A stretch of DNA of 24,219 nucleotides from Gammaproteobacteria bacterium (GCA_050302115.1 JBNLAL010000001.1:1-24219); one strand, 5' to 3'; shown: positions 8,189 to 17,830, numbered from the stretch's first letter. Notes: generated by a model from the letters alone, not told the origin. Made by a program: numbers and translations.

Positions 8189-8959
8189 GTGCAAAATAAG
8201 ATAATTTACGAACAACCGCTAAATGAAAGAGTCCGGAACCTGCTAAGACTGGAACACCTTTTTCAGTCAATAACACATCATTCTGAAGTTTTGTCAGAAT
8301 GGGACTGCAGAAATATTCTTGATTCATTATTGGAGATCATTGACCTGTTATCTCGTTCCGATCTAAAGGCAGAACTTATAAAAGAACTGGAAAGACATGC
8401 AAATGTGTTGAACTCCCTAAAAAATAATCCTGCCGTGGATCAAAAAAGATTAAATGATATAAATACCGAAATAACTCAATTACTGGAAAAATTAAGGGAT
8501 AAAACGTTTCAACCCGGTTTCCAATTAAAAAATGATGAGTTGGTTACGAGTTTTAAACAGCGTGCCAGTATTCCTGGCGGAACATGCAATTTTGATTTGC
8601 CTCGATTTCATCAATGGTTAAGTCAATCAATACAAAAAAGAAAACAGGATATTGACTTCTGGAAAGAAGATTTACTACCAGTTAGAAATGCCGCCGGACT
8701 TGCATTAAACATGATTCGAAACAGCACCAACCCCAGTCGTGAAATTGCTGAGTCTGGTTTTTATCAAAAACCCATAGAATCAAATGTTTCATGTCAGCTA
8801 ATTAGGGTATTACTTCCTGCTGCCAGTATATATTATCCGGAAATAAGTGGAGGGAAACATCGTTTTACGATACGTTTTCTTGAAGAGTGTTCAACAAATG
8901 AAAGACCGGCTCAAAGCAAAAACAATGTAGAATTTGAGTTACACTGTTGTATATTATGA
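8189..8959 (+). CDS. zapD: cell division protein ZapD (256 aa)
   Basis: YEQPLNERVRNLLRLEHLF, RSDLKAELIKELER, KQRASIPGGTCNFDLP, YPEISGGKHRFTIRF. The GTG at 8189 is the first possible start after an in-frame TAG at 8141. Position coaE-zapD-yacG is conserved. Confidence 0.93.
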   Translation: MQNKIIYEQPLNERVRNLLRLEHLFQSITHHSEVLSEWDCRNILDSLLEIIDLLSRSDLKAELIKELERHANVLNSLKNNPAVDQKRLNDINTEITQLLEKLRDKTFQPGFQLKNDELVTSFKQRASIPGGTCNFDLPRFHQWLSQSIQKRKQDIDFWKEDLLPVRNAAGLALNMIRNSTNPSREIAESGFYQKPIESNVSCQLIRVLLPAASIYYPEISGGKHRFTIRFLEECSTNERPAQSKNNVEFELHCCIL

Positions 8960-9144
8960 AAACATCAACACTTTGCCCCAATTGTGAAAAACCTACCAGG
9001 CTGGATGAGAATAATCTTTATCGTCCATTTTGTTCTGAAAGATGCAAACTAATCGATTTAGGCCAATGGGCGGATGAATCTTATAAAATACCTGAACCAA
9101 ACTTTCCTGATCTTGATAGCAAAAAGCCGACTATCAAACATTAA
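8956..9144 (+). CDS. yacG: DNA gyrase inhibitor YacG, zinc finger (62 aa)
   Basis: CPNC...RPFCSERCKLIDLGQWA. Start placed at ATG 8956, which overlaps the zapD stop as ATGA; the ORF track's start at 8947 is less likely. Confidence 0.93.
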   Translation: MKTSTLCPNCEKPTRLDENNLYRPFCSERCKLIDLGQWADESYKIPEPNFPDLDSKKPTIKH

Positions 9145-10124
9145 TCAAGACTTCGTTTTATAATTTCTTCCGGTGAATTTGAGTTCCAAATTTCACTTAT
9201 CATAGCTATTCCTTGTGCTCCATTGTTCTTTGATAACTTTAAATCTTCTATCGACATTCCACCCAATGCATAAACCGGTATATTTGTTGATGCACACATT
9301 TCCCTAAACCTTTCCCATCCAATTGGCTGTGATTCAGGATGACTAATAGTTTTTTTTATTGGTGACAGAAATACATAGTCCGCTTCTATTTGTAACGATC
9401 TTTCCAATTCTTCTTCAGTATGGCAGGAAACACCCAGAAGATAAGATTTATCCACCGGCCTTTCACTATACTTAAACAAATTGTGCGCCTTTAAATGAAC
9501 ACCATGAATATTATATTTTTTAATTTCTTCTGGTGTTCCATTTAGAATCAGTTTTGTTTCATGTTCCTGACATAAATTGTAAAGCTCTACCATCAATTCA
9601 TTGAAAGCAAATTTATATCTATTTGCTAACCGAACCTGAAAAACTTTCACCCCTGCTTGTAAGCAACTCTGTAAAGTATCTAATAAATAGCTTGCTTCTT
9701 GAAAATCAGACTGGCTAATTAAATATAATGCAGGAAGTTTTATTGCTTTTATAATAAATTTATTTGCATCTGGAAAATCATGCTTATCCAAATCTTTTAT
9801 ATATGTCCATTCTATGTGCTGATTTTCCATACCTTTTGGCTGGCCCGTCCATTCATAAACAGACCATACATCGAGCAGTACATTTTTATCTGGATATTGA
9901 TATGAAATAGTCTTTAATGGTTCTGCCTTATTTATTTCAATTCCAAGTTCCTCAAATATTTCCCGATATAAAGCAGATTGAGTATTTTCATCCGCTTCAA
10001 TTTTTCCACCTGGAAACTCCCACAGACCCGCAAGATGCTGCCCTTTTTTTCTCCTGGAAATTAAAACCTTGTCTCTTGATTTATTATAGATAACAGCAAC
10101 AGCGACTCTAACTTGATGATACAT
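9141..10124 (-). CDS. mutT: MutT-type Nudix hydrolase fused to a C-terminal thiamine-phosphate-synthase/TenI-like TIM barrel (327 aa)
   Basis: Complete Nudix box G-KIEAD-E-NTQSALY-REIFEELGI with LWEFPGG and FPDAN. C-terminal half has FQVR, HGVHL, GVSCH, ADYVFLSP, PVYALGG and GIAMIS. Its stop overlaps the yacG stop in TTAA (9141-9144). Confidence 0.9.
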   Translation of the reverse strand: MYHQVRVAVAVIYNKSRDKVLISRRKKGQHLAGLWEFPGGKIEADENTQSALYREIFEELGIEINKAEPLKTISYQYPDKNVLLDVWSVYEWTGQPKGMENQHIEWTYIKDLDKHDFPDANKFIIKAIKLPALYLISQSDFQEASYLLDTLQSCLQAGVKVFQVRLANRYKFAFNELMVELYNLCQEHETKLILNGTPEEIKKYNIHGVHLKAHNLFKYSERPVDKSYLLGVSCHTEEELERSLQIEADYVFLSPIKKTISHPESQPIGWERFREMCASTNIPVYALGGMSIEDLKLSKNNGAQGIAMISEIWNSNSPEEIIKRSLD

Positions 10125-10129
10125 TTCCC

Positions 10130-11350
10130 TTATGTTCTGTATTCAGCATTGATCTTGATATATTCATAAGATAAATCTGTTGTCCATATTTTTTCTTCTG
10201 CTTTACCGACACCCAGATTAACAATAATTTTTATTTCATCCTTTAAAAAAACATCTTTGCCTGCTTGCTCTGTATATGTTGCTGCTCTTCGACCATTCTC
10301 GACAATGCACACATCTCCCAGACAAATACTGACTTTTTCAATATTCATATTTTTAACACCTGCATTTCCAACAGATGCAAGGATTCTTCCCCAATTAGGA
10401 TCAGATGCTGTCAGGGCGGTTTTAACCAAAGGGGAATTGGCAATACTGTAAGCTACACTTAAACAATCCTTTTGAGTTTCGCCTCCAGAAACTTCTATCT
10501 CGACAAACTTTGTTGCTCCCTCTCCATCTCTAACAATTGCCTGTGCTAATGCAATAAAGACTTCGTTTAATGCATTAAAAAATTGCCTGAATTCCTCAAC
10601 ATCTTCAGAGCCAATTTCACTGTTATTTGCCTGACCCGTTGCAATAAGAACACAGGCATCATTAGTAGACATATCTCCATCAACTGTAATTCTGTTAAAA
10701 CTTCTATTTACTGAATCGATTAATGCCTGATCTATTAGTTCTTTAGATATATTCGCGTCAGTTGCTATAAAAGAAAGCATGGTTGCCATATTTGGCTGTA
10801 TCATCCCTGCACCTTTAGCAATACCCGTTATAGTCACTTTTTTTTCATCTATTAGAAATGTCTTTGAAATAATTTTTGGAACCGTATCAGTTGTCATAAT
10901 TGATTCAGCGACGCTTAACCAATTATCATCCGATAATTTTTCAAAAAGTTGCGGTAATTTATTATTTATCTTTTCAATCGGGAGGTTTTCACCAATTACC
11001 CCGGTTGAAAAAGGCAACACCTCTTCCACTTTGCATGAGCCTATTTCTGCTAATGCGCTGCAGGAATTATGTGCGTTTTTAATACCTTCATCGCCTGTGC
11101 CCGCATTAGCATTGCCCGCATTAATTAATAGATAACGTGGTGAATTATTTTTCAGATGTTTTTTTGCAAGAATTACCGGAGCAGCACAAAATTGATTGCT
11201 TGTAAAAACAGCAGAAACCCGACTACCTGCAGGAATTTCTATAATAGACAAATCATTTCTACTACGTGCATATATGCCTGCACTTATCGCTGCTAACCTG
11301 ATTCCTTTTACAGGTAATATGTTTTCCGGAACTTGCAGTTCGACTGCCAT
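10130..11350 (-). CDS. argJ: ornithine acetyltransferase / N-acetylglutamate synthase ArgJ (406 aa)
   Basis: VFTSNQFCAAPV, INAGNANAGTG, FSTGVIG, IMTTDT, autoprocessing site KGAGMIQPNMA/TMLSFIATD, TVDGDMSTND, DGEGATK, SDPNWGRI, YIKINAEYRT. Confidence 0.97.
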   Translation of the reverse strand: MAVELQVPENILPVKGIRLAAISAGIYARSRNDLSIIEIPAGSRVSAVFTSNQFCAAPVILAKKHLKNNSPRYLLINAGNANAGTGDEGIKNAHNSCSALAEIGSCKVEEVLPFSTGVIGENLPIEKINNKLPQLFEKLSDDNWLSVAESIMTTDTVPKIISKTFLIDEKKVTITGIAKGAGMIQPNMATMLSFIATDANISKELIDQALIDSVNRSFNRITVDGDMSTNDACVLIATGQANNSEIGSEDVEEFRQFFNALNEVFIALAQAIVRDGEGATKFVEIEVSGGETQKDCLSVAYSIANSPLVKTALTASDPNWGRILASVGNAGVKNMNIEKVSICLGDVCIVENGRRAATYTEQAGKDVFLKDEIKIIVNLGVGKAEEKIWTTDLSYEYIKINAEYRT

Positions 11351-11374
11351 TCGTTTACCTGAAACTTATGAGTG

Positions 11375-14068
11375 TTAATTTAATTTGCCATGACATTGTT
11401 TATACTTCTTTCCAGAACCACATGGACAGGGTTGATTCCTGCCCACCTTAGGCTGATTTCTGGTAAAAGGTTTTGCTGTCTGCTGCTCATTGGTATCTTG
11501 ATGCAAACTATCCGGGGCCGCGGGATGATTAAAATTCATTTTTTGCTCATGTTCCTTATTTTCCGCAGCTACGACATCTTGCTCTGTCCTGATATTAACC
11601 TTGGATAAAAATACAATGACATCATGCTTAATATTTTCAAGCATTTGCACAAACAGTTCGAAAGCCTCTCGCTTATATTCCTGCTTGGGATTTTTAGCCG
11701 CGAAGCTTCTTAAATGAATACCTTGTCTTAAATGATCCATTGCAACCAGATGGTCTTTCCAGTGTCGATCCAACACATCCAACATAATCTGTTTCTCAAT
11801 ACGCCTCATTAAGTCTGGTCCAACATGTTCTTCCTTTTCTTTGGCTTTGGCCTCTATTGCTTCAATAATTTTTTCACGTAAAGTTTCTTCGTGAAGCGTT
11901 TTATCATCATCAAGCCAACGTTGAATCTCCAAAGATACATCGAATTCCCGTTCTAAAACTTCTGTTAATCCGTGGATATCCCACATCTCATCCATACTTC
12001 CACGAGGAATAAAGCCATCGATTACATTATTTATAACTTCAGTTCTAATAGCATGGATTTCATCAGAAACCGTTTCACCGTCCAGTAAATCGTTACGTTG
12101 TTCATAGATAACTTTTCTTTGATCGTTTGCTACATCATCAAATTCAAGCAAATGTTTCCTGATATCAAAGTTATGCGCTTCAACTTTACGCTGTGCATTT
12201 TCAATTGCACGAGTCACCAGTTTTGATTCAATAGCTTCTCCTTCTTCCATTCCGAGCTTCTGCATAATTGCCGATACCTTATCAGAAGCGAATATTCGCA
12301 TCAGATTATCTTCTAGTGACAGATAGAAACGACTGGAACCGGGGTCCCCCTGACGTCCAGAACGGCCTCTTAACTGGTTATCGATTCTGCGTGATTCGTG
12401 TCTTTCAGTACCAATGATATGTAAGCCACCGCTTTCAATGACTTGTTGATGTCTTTTTTCCCAATCTGATTTTACTTTATTGAGTAGTGGCTCATCCGGA
12501 TCAGTCAATTCGTTTATCTCAGATTCCAGATTACCTCCCAGTACAATGTCTGTACCCCTTCCTGCCATATTGGTTGCTATTGTCACTGCGCCCGGCCGCC
12601 CAGCCTGGGCTATGATTTCCGCCTCTTTTTCGTGAAATTTTGCATTTAATACCTTATGAGTGATTTTTTCCCTATCCAGTAATTTTGACAAATACTCGGA
12701 GACTTCAATCGATGCAGTACCCACTAATACTGGCTGATTTTTTTGTTTACAGTCCTTTATGTCTTCTATAATCGCATTAAACTTTTCCTTTGCTGTTAAA
12801 AAGATGACATCACTTTGATCATCTCTAATCATTGGTTTATGTGTTGGTATGACAACCACTTCCAAACCATAAATCTGCTGAAACTCAAATGCTTCAGTAT
12901 CTGCTGTCCCTGTCATACCGGACAGTTTTTCATATAAACGAAAATAGTTCTGATAGGTTATTGAAGCCAGAGTCTGGTTTTCATTTTGTATAGGCACACT
13001 TTCTTTCGCTTCGATTGCCTGATGCAACCCATCTGACCATCGTCGACCTTCCATAGTTCTACCAGTAAACTCATCGACAATAACAACTTCATCATTTTTA
13101 ACAATATAATCAACATCATTCTTAAACAGGTGATGTGCCCTAAGTGCAGCATTTAGGTGATGAAGAATACTAATATTTACAGGATCATATAAACCCTGAC
13201 CTTCTTCAATAATCCCATGTTCAATCAATAAATGTTCGATTTTGTCATGGCCAGCTTCGGTCAGATAAGCCTGTTTTGATTTTTCATCAACAGTAAAATC
13301 ACCAGGTCCATCTTCAACCTGCTGTATTTCAAGCTTGGGAACCAGAGCATTAATTGTCTGATATAATTCAGATTTATCATCAACCATTCCGGATATGATC
13401 AAGGGTGTACGTGCCTCATCAATCAGAATGGAGTCAACCTCATCAACGATGGCAAAATTCAAACCACGTTGTACACGACCTTCCTTGTTAAAGGCCATAT
13501 TGTCGCGAAGATAATCAAATCCAAATTCGTTATTTGTCCCATAGGTAATATCACATTGATATGCTGCTTTCCTTTCATCCATAGAAAGCCCCGAAACAAT
13601 AACACCTGTAGATAAACCCAGAAATCCATAGAGCTGTCCCATCCACTCGGCATCACGTCGGGCAAGATAATCATTAACCGTAATCACATGAACGCCCTTA
13701 TCTGTTAACGCATTTAAGTAGGCTGCCAAAGTTGCTACAAGTGTTTTACCTTCACCTGTTCGCATTTCAGCAATATTGCCGTCATGTAAAACCATGCCGC
13801 CTATTAACTGCACGTCAAAGTGACGCATATTCATGACTCTTCGTCCGGCTTCTCTGACCAATGCAAAAGCCTCAGGAAGAACTTCTTCCAACGTTTTTCC
13901 CTGTTGAACCTGTTCTTTTAAATTTTGTGTTTTGGCAGGAAAATCAGAGTCGCTAAACTTTTTGAAATCATCCTCGAAATCATTTATTTTTTTTACGACC
14001 TTACTTAATTGTCTGATAACCCTTTCATTCCGGGTACCAAATATTTTCTTTGCCAATTTGATAATCAT
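11375..14068 (-). CDS. secA: preprotein translocase ATPase SecA (897 aa)
   Basis: [68 protein letters not shown] and C-terminal metal-binding [18 protein letters not shown]. Confidence 0.98.
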   Translation of the reverse strand: MIIKLAKKIFGTRNERVIRQLSKVVKKINDFEDDFKKFSDSDFPAKTQNLKEQVQQGKTLEEVLPEAFALVREAGRRVMNMRHFDVQLIGGMVLHDGNIAEMRTGEGKTLVATLAAYLNALTDKGVHVITVNDYLARRDAEWMGQLYGFLGLSTGVIVSGLSMDERKAAYQCDITYGTNNEFGFDYLRDNMAFNKEGRVQRGLNFAIVDEVDSILIDEARTPLIISGMVDDKSELYQTINALVPKLEIQQVEDGPGDFTVDEKSKQAYLTEAGHDKIEHLLIEHGIIEEGQGLYDPVNISILHHLNAALRAHHLFKNDVDYIVKNDEVVIVDEFTGRTMEGRRWSDGLHQAIEAKESVPIQNENQTLASITYQNYFRLYEKLSGMTGTADTEAFEFQQIYGLEVVVIPTHKPMIRDDQSDVIFLTAKEKFNAIIEDIKDCKQKNQPVLVGTASIEVSEYLSKLLDREKITHKVLNAKFHEKEAEIIAQAGRPGAVTIATNMAGRGTDIVLGGNLESEINELTDPDEPLLNKVKSDWEKRHQQVIESGGLHIIGTERHESRRIDNQLRGRSGRQGDPGSSRFYLSLEDNLMRIFASDKVSAIMQKLGMEEGEAIESKLVTRAIENAQRKVEAHNFDIRKHLLEFDDVANDQRKVIYEQRNDLLDGETVSDEIHAIRTEVINNVIDGFIPRGSMDEMWDIHGLTEVLEREFDVSLEIQRWLDDDKTLHEETLREKIIEAIEAKAKEKEEHVGPDLMRRIEKQIMLDVLDRHWKDHLVAMDHLRQGIHLRSFAAKNPKQEYKREAFELFVQMLENIKHDVIVFLSKVNIRTEQDVVAAENKEHEQKMNFNHPAAPDSLHQDTNEQQTAKPFTRNQPKVGRNQPCPCGSGKKYKQCHGKLN

Positions 14069-14153
14069 AGGATTTTTTAATATCTAATTAAAATAACGAG
14101 TTAACGTAATAAACGCGGCCTGAAGTTTAACGGAAAGTGGAACTGAAAGGATA

Positions 14154-15086
14154 TTAATTTAACGAGCTTATTTTTTTGGGATTTACAGCTTTTCCATTTT
14201 TTACGACTTCAAAATGGACATGTGAACCGGTTGAACGTCCAGATGACCCCATTAATGCAATAACTTGCCCTTTTTCTACCTTTTGTCCAACTACCACAAG
14301 GTTTTTCTTATTATGAGCGTAACGTGTCTGATAACCATTTCCATGGTTAATCTCAACCATATTACCATAACCATATCGGGCACCGGACCAAGTTACAATT
14401 CCCGAAGCAACAGCCAATATCGATGAACCCATCTTACCCGCAAAGTCGATTCCTTCATGAAATTCTATTTTGCCTGTAATGGGATCAGTACGCTTCCCAA
14501 ATAATGAAGAAACCCAACCATCATTTGTCGGATTTCCTGCTGGTAATGTCTGATTTTGTAACGTTCTATCAATCAACATTGATTCCATTGCCGCTAATTT
14601 TTCAGAACGATCTCTAATCTTAAAGTTCAATTTCTCAAGAGAAGAAATAAAATCACTGACCTCCATTGAACCTTGTGGTTCAGGTGGCTTGGGACCGCCC
14701 AGCCCTGGAGTCTCATCAATATTAAATTCGATTTCATTCAGATCTGCCATATCAGCTAATCGTGAACCAAGTGCATCAAGTCGCATGACATGCGCCTGTA
14801 ATTTACTCAATCGCGTTGCTAATGCATCAAGATTTTTTTCAGCATTCTCTTTTGCGTTATCGAGCATGAGTTGCTGAGCTTCAAGTTCCTGACTCCAGAT
14901 AGGGGCTGTCTGTGCGTAAAGTGATTTAAGTGAATTGCGTGTTGTATTTAATGCAAAGAGATTTCCCGCATGAAATATTATTAATCCCAAAACCAGCGCA
15001 AACATCAGACAAACACCCAAGGCTCTTGGCCCAAGTGTCAATGTGCGACTTTTACTTCTAGATTTTGATATTAATACGATTTGCAT
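14154..15086 (-). CDS. membrane-anchored M23 (LytM) family peptidoglycan endopeptidase (310 aa)
   Basis: Basic N-terminus plus hydrophobic helix (ALGVCLMFALVLGLIIFHAG), coiled-coil region, then LytM domain with intact HEGID (HxxxD), YGNMVEINH, TRYAH and GRSTGSHVHFEV (HxH). Same position as P. aeruginosa PA4404, upstream of secA. Confidence 0.92.
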   Translation of the reverse strand: MQIVLISKSRSKSRTLTLGPRALGVCLMFALVLGLIIFHAGNLFALNTTRNSLKSLYAQTAPIWSQELEAQQLMLDNAKENAEKNLDALATRLSKLQAHVMRLDALGSRLADMADLNEIEFNIDETPGLGGPKPPEPQGSMEVSDFISSLEKLNFKIRDRSEKLAAMESMLIDRTLQNQTLPAGNPTNDGWVSSLFGKRTDPITGKIEFHEGIDFAGKMGSSILAVASGIVTWSGARYGYGNMVEINHGNGYQTRYAHNKKNLVVVGQKVEKGQVIALMGSSGRSTGSHVHFEVVKNGKAVNPKKISSLN

Positions 15087-15147
15087 ATAATCTATTGATT
15101 AACCACCCTTTATAAAATAACACCTATACAAAATATTGTAATTATTA

Positions 15148-15603
15148 ATGCAAAACAGTGAAAATACACATCCCGCTTCCTTTGGGGCATATCTACACAA
15201 AAAAAATTCGACCTTGTCGGATCTTTATCAACAAGCCCTTGCATTCAAGGAAATAGATCAAAGTCTTAAAAAATTTCTTGACCCTTCCTTATCCAGCCAT
15301 TTTATTTTGGCCAGTATTAAAACAGAGGTCGCAATAATTCTGGTTAATTCCCCTGCCTGGGCAACCCGCCTACGTTATAATATTCCAACTATCCTTGAAG
15401 CATTAAATAATGAGCTAAACTTAAAACAAATAAAAACAATCCGTATTAAAGTTCAGCACTCTGAATCTAAAAGATCCAGCACAAAAAACAAACCTGTTTT
15501 TCTTTCAAAAGATACCGCAAAACTGTTACAAGATTCTGCAAATAGTATCAATGATTCCGAATTAAAAAATTGCCTTATTAAAATATCCAAAAATTGCAAA
15601 TAA
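15148..15603 (+). CDS. dciA: DUF721 / DciA family replicative-helicase loader (151 aa)
   Basis: LVNSPAWATRLRY...IRIKV core and a C-terminal LSKDTAKLLQDSANSINDSELKNCL tail typical of proteobacterial DUF721. Antisense position between lpxC and the M23 gene is conserved (as PA4405). Confidence 0.82.
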   Translation: MQNSENTHPASFGAYLHKKNSTLSDLYQQALAFKEIDQSLKKFLDPSLSSHFILASIKTEVAIILVNSPAWATRLRYNIPTILEALNNELNLKQIKTIRIKVQHSESKRSSTKNKPVFLSKDTAKLLQDSANSINDSELKNCLIKISKNCK

Positions 15604-15607
15604 CCCT

Positions 15608-16519
15608 CTAACCAGCTGGCATTGTCTGCATAAAAGAAATCGGTGCCTTACCTTCATCATTATAACTGACCAGTTCCCAGGCGCTCTCATTTGCAATCAA
15701 TTTTCTAAGCAAGGCATTGTTTAATGCATGTCCTGATTTATAGCCTTTAAATGAGCCAATCAGGCTATGCCCTAACAAATACAAATCACCAATTGCATCC
15801 AATATTTTGTGCTTAACACATTCATCTTCATAACGAAGTCCGTCTTCGTTCAGAATACGATAGTCATCAACAACAACCGCATTATCCAGACTACCGCCCA
15901 AAACTAGATTTCTTTCACGTAACAATTCAACGTCACGCATAAAACCAAATGTTCTTGCACGACTGACCTCTTTTACAAAAGAAGTCGTTGAAAAATCTAT
16001 CTCGGCCTGACAATTTCGTTCATTAAATGCTGGATGATCAAAGTCGATAGTGAAGCCGACTTTAAAACCATCGAAGGGTTCAAACATGGCCCATTTTCCA
16101 TCCTGCTCAACAGCAACCTTATCCTTGATACGTAGAAATTTTTTTGGAATATTTTGCTCTTCAATACCGGCTGATTGAATAAGAAAGACAAAAGGCCCCG
16201 CACTACCATCCATAATCGGTACTTCATCGGCACTTAAGTCAATATAGGCATTATCAATTCCAAAGCCTGCCAATGCAGAAAGAAGATGTTCTACTGTTGA
16301 TATGCGTACATCATCCTTGACCAGAGTAGTAGAGAGTTGTGTATCACCCACATATTCAGGTTTTGCAGGTATTTCTATGGCAGGATCGAGATCAACGCGA
16401 CGGAAAATGATTCCAGAATTGGCAGGTGCGGGTCTTAATGTCAAAAACACCTTCTTACCTGTGTGTAAACCTACTCCTGTCGCCCGGATGACATTTTTTA
16501 ACGTGCGTTGACTAATCAT
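15608..16519 (-). CDS. lpxC: UDP-3-O-acyl-N-acetylglucosamine deacetylase LpxC (303 aa)
   Basis: QRTLK...[70 protein letters not shown]. Confidence 0.98.
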   Translation of the reverse strand: MISQRTLKNVIRATGVGLHTGKKVFLTLRPAPANSGIIFRRVDLDPAIEIPAKPEYVGDTQLSTTLVKDDVRISTVEHLLSALAGFGIDNAYIDLSADEVPIMDGSAGPFVFLIQSAGIEEQNIPKKFLRIKDKVAVEQDGKWAMFEPFDGFKVGFTIDFDHPAFNERNCQAEIDFSTTSFVKEVSRARTFGFMRDVELLRERNLVLGGSLDNAVVVDDYRILNEDGLRYEDECVKHKILDAIGDLYLLGHSLIGSFKGYKSGHALNNALLRKLIANESAWELVSYNDEGKAPISFMQTMPAG

Positions 16520-16572
16520 TGTTCCTTATAATACCTAATATAATCACTAATTTTTATTCTTATCCCATTGTT

Positions 16573-16594
16573 ATTATAGGCAATTTCGGTGCCA
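16573..16594 (-). promoter_or_regulatory. candidate lpxC promoter: sigma54 -24/-12 element overlapping a sigma70 -10 hexamer
   Basis: The minus strand reads TGGCAC-CGAAA-TTGC (16594-16580; GG-N10-GC spacing correct), then C, then TATAAT (16578-16573). Confidence 0.55.
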
Positions 16595-16658
16595 GACAAG
16601 CAAATTTCTCCCGGAATTCCCCAAATCCGGTCGAACTATAGCATGTTTACAGTAGAAA

Positions 16659-17795
16659 TTAGTCTGCCTGTCTCCTTAAAAATGCCGGAATATCAAGGTA
16701 ATCCGTGTCTCCCGAAATCTTTTCTTCCTGAGTTTCCGGTGTCTTATTTCGAATGACCGTGGGACGTTCAAAATCTTTATAATCGACACTGATATCCGCA
16801 TTTTGAACCAATTTGATGCGAGATGCATCTTCTTTCATCAAATTGCCCAATCCTGTAGCAACGATTGTCACACGTATATCACCCGACATTTCCGGATCAA
16901 TGACGGTTCCAACTACCACCGTGGCATTTTCAGAAGCAAATTCCTTTACTGTACTACCTACTTCGTCAAATTCTCCGATCGATAGATCCATACCCGCAGT
17001 AATATTTACCAGAATACCCCTGGCTCCAGAAAGATTTACGTCTTCCAATAAGGGACTCGATATGGCAGCCTCTGCAGCAACCCTCGCACGATCCTCACCC
17101 TGAGCCTTGCCCGATCCCATCATGGCCATGCCCATTTCTGACATTACAGTTCTTACATCCGCAAAATCTACATTGATTAAGCCCGGGCAAGTAATCAATT
17201 CAGCAATACCCTGAACTGCCCCGAGTAAAACATCATTCGCTGCACTAAAGGCATTAAGCAAACTGACATCTCTACCCAGTACGCTAAGTAGTTTTTCGTT
17301 AGGGATAGTAATCAAGGAATCAACAAACTGCCCTAATTCGATAATTCCTTCTTCTGCAACAGCTGCACGTTTCTTTCCTTCAAATGCAAAGGGTCGTGTC
17401 ACAACAGCGACAGTCAATATACCCATTTCCTTGGCTACCTGAGCAACGATAGGTGCCGCGCCTGTGCCGGTTCCACCACCCATACCAGCTGTAATGAAGA
17501 CCATATCCGAACCTTCAAGCACATCCATTAAACGATCACGATCTTCCAACGCTGCTTGTCTACCAACGTCAGGGTTCGCACCGGCACCCAGTCCCTTGGT
17601 CATATTACTACCAAGTTGCAGAACTGTTTTGGCATTAGAATTTTTCAGTGCTTGTGCGTCAGTATTAGCACAAATAAATTCAACACCTTCAATACTGGCA
17701 CCCAACATATGCTGCACGGCATTACCGCCACCACCGCCGACACCAATGACTTTTATTATTGCCGCCTGGTTAGCTGCATCGACTAATTCAAACAT
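16659..17795 (-). CDS. ftsZ: cell division GTPase FtsZ (378 aa)
   Basis: [17 protein letters not shown] tubulin signature, INVDFADV, C-terminal [14 protein letters not shown]. Strong CAGGAGG RBS. Confidence 0.99.
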   Translation of the reverse strand: MFELVDAANQAAIIKVIGVGGGGGNAVQHMLGASIEGVEFICANTDAQALKNSNAKTVLQLGSNMTKGLGAGANPDVGRQAALEDRDRLMDVLEGSDMVFITAGMGGGTGTGAAPIVAQVAKEMGILTVAVVTRPFAFEGKKRAAVAEEGIIELGQFVDSLITIPNEKLLSVLGRDVSLLNAFSAANDVLLGAVQGIAELITCPGLINVDFADVRTVMSEMGMAMMGSGKAQGEDRARVAAEAAISSPLLEDVNLSGARGILVNITAGMDLSIGEFDEVGSTVKEFASENATVVVGTVIDPEMSGDIRVTIVATGLGNLMKEDASRIKLVQNADISVDYKDFERPTVIRNKTPETQEEKISGDTDYLDIPAFLRRQAD

Positions 17796-17830
17796 AATAC
17801 TTCCTCCTGCATTAAATTAAATTCAATCAA

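Noticed and set aside
14154-14200. M23 gene acting as a SecM-like arrest peptide for secA
   Set aside because: No known arrest motif at the C-terminus, and the catalytic LytM motifs are intact.
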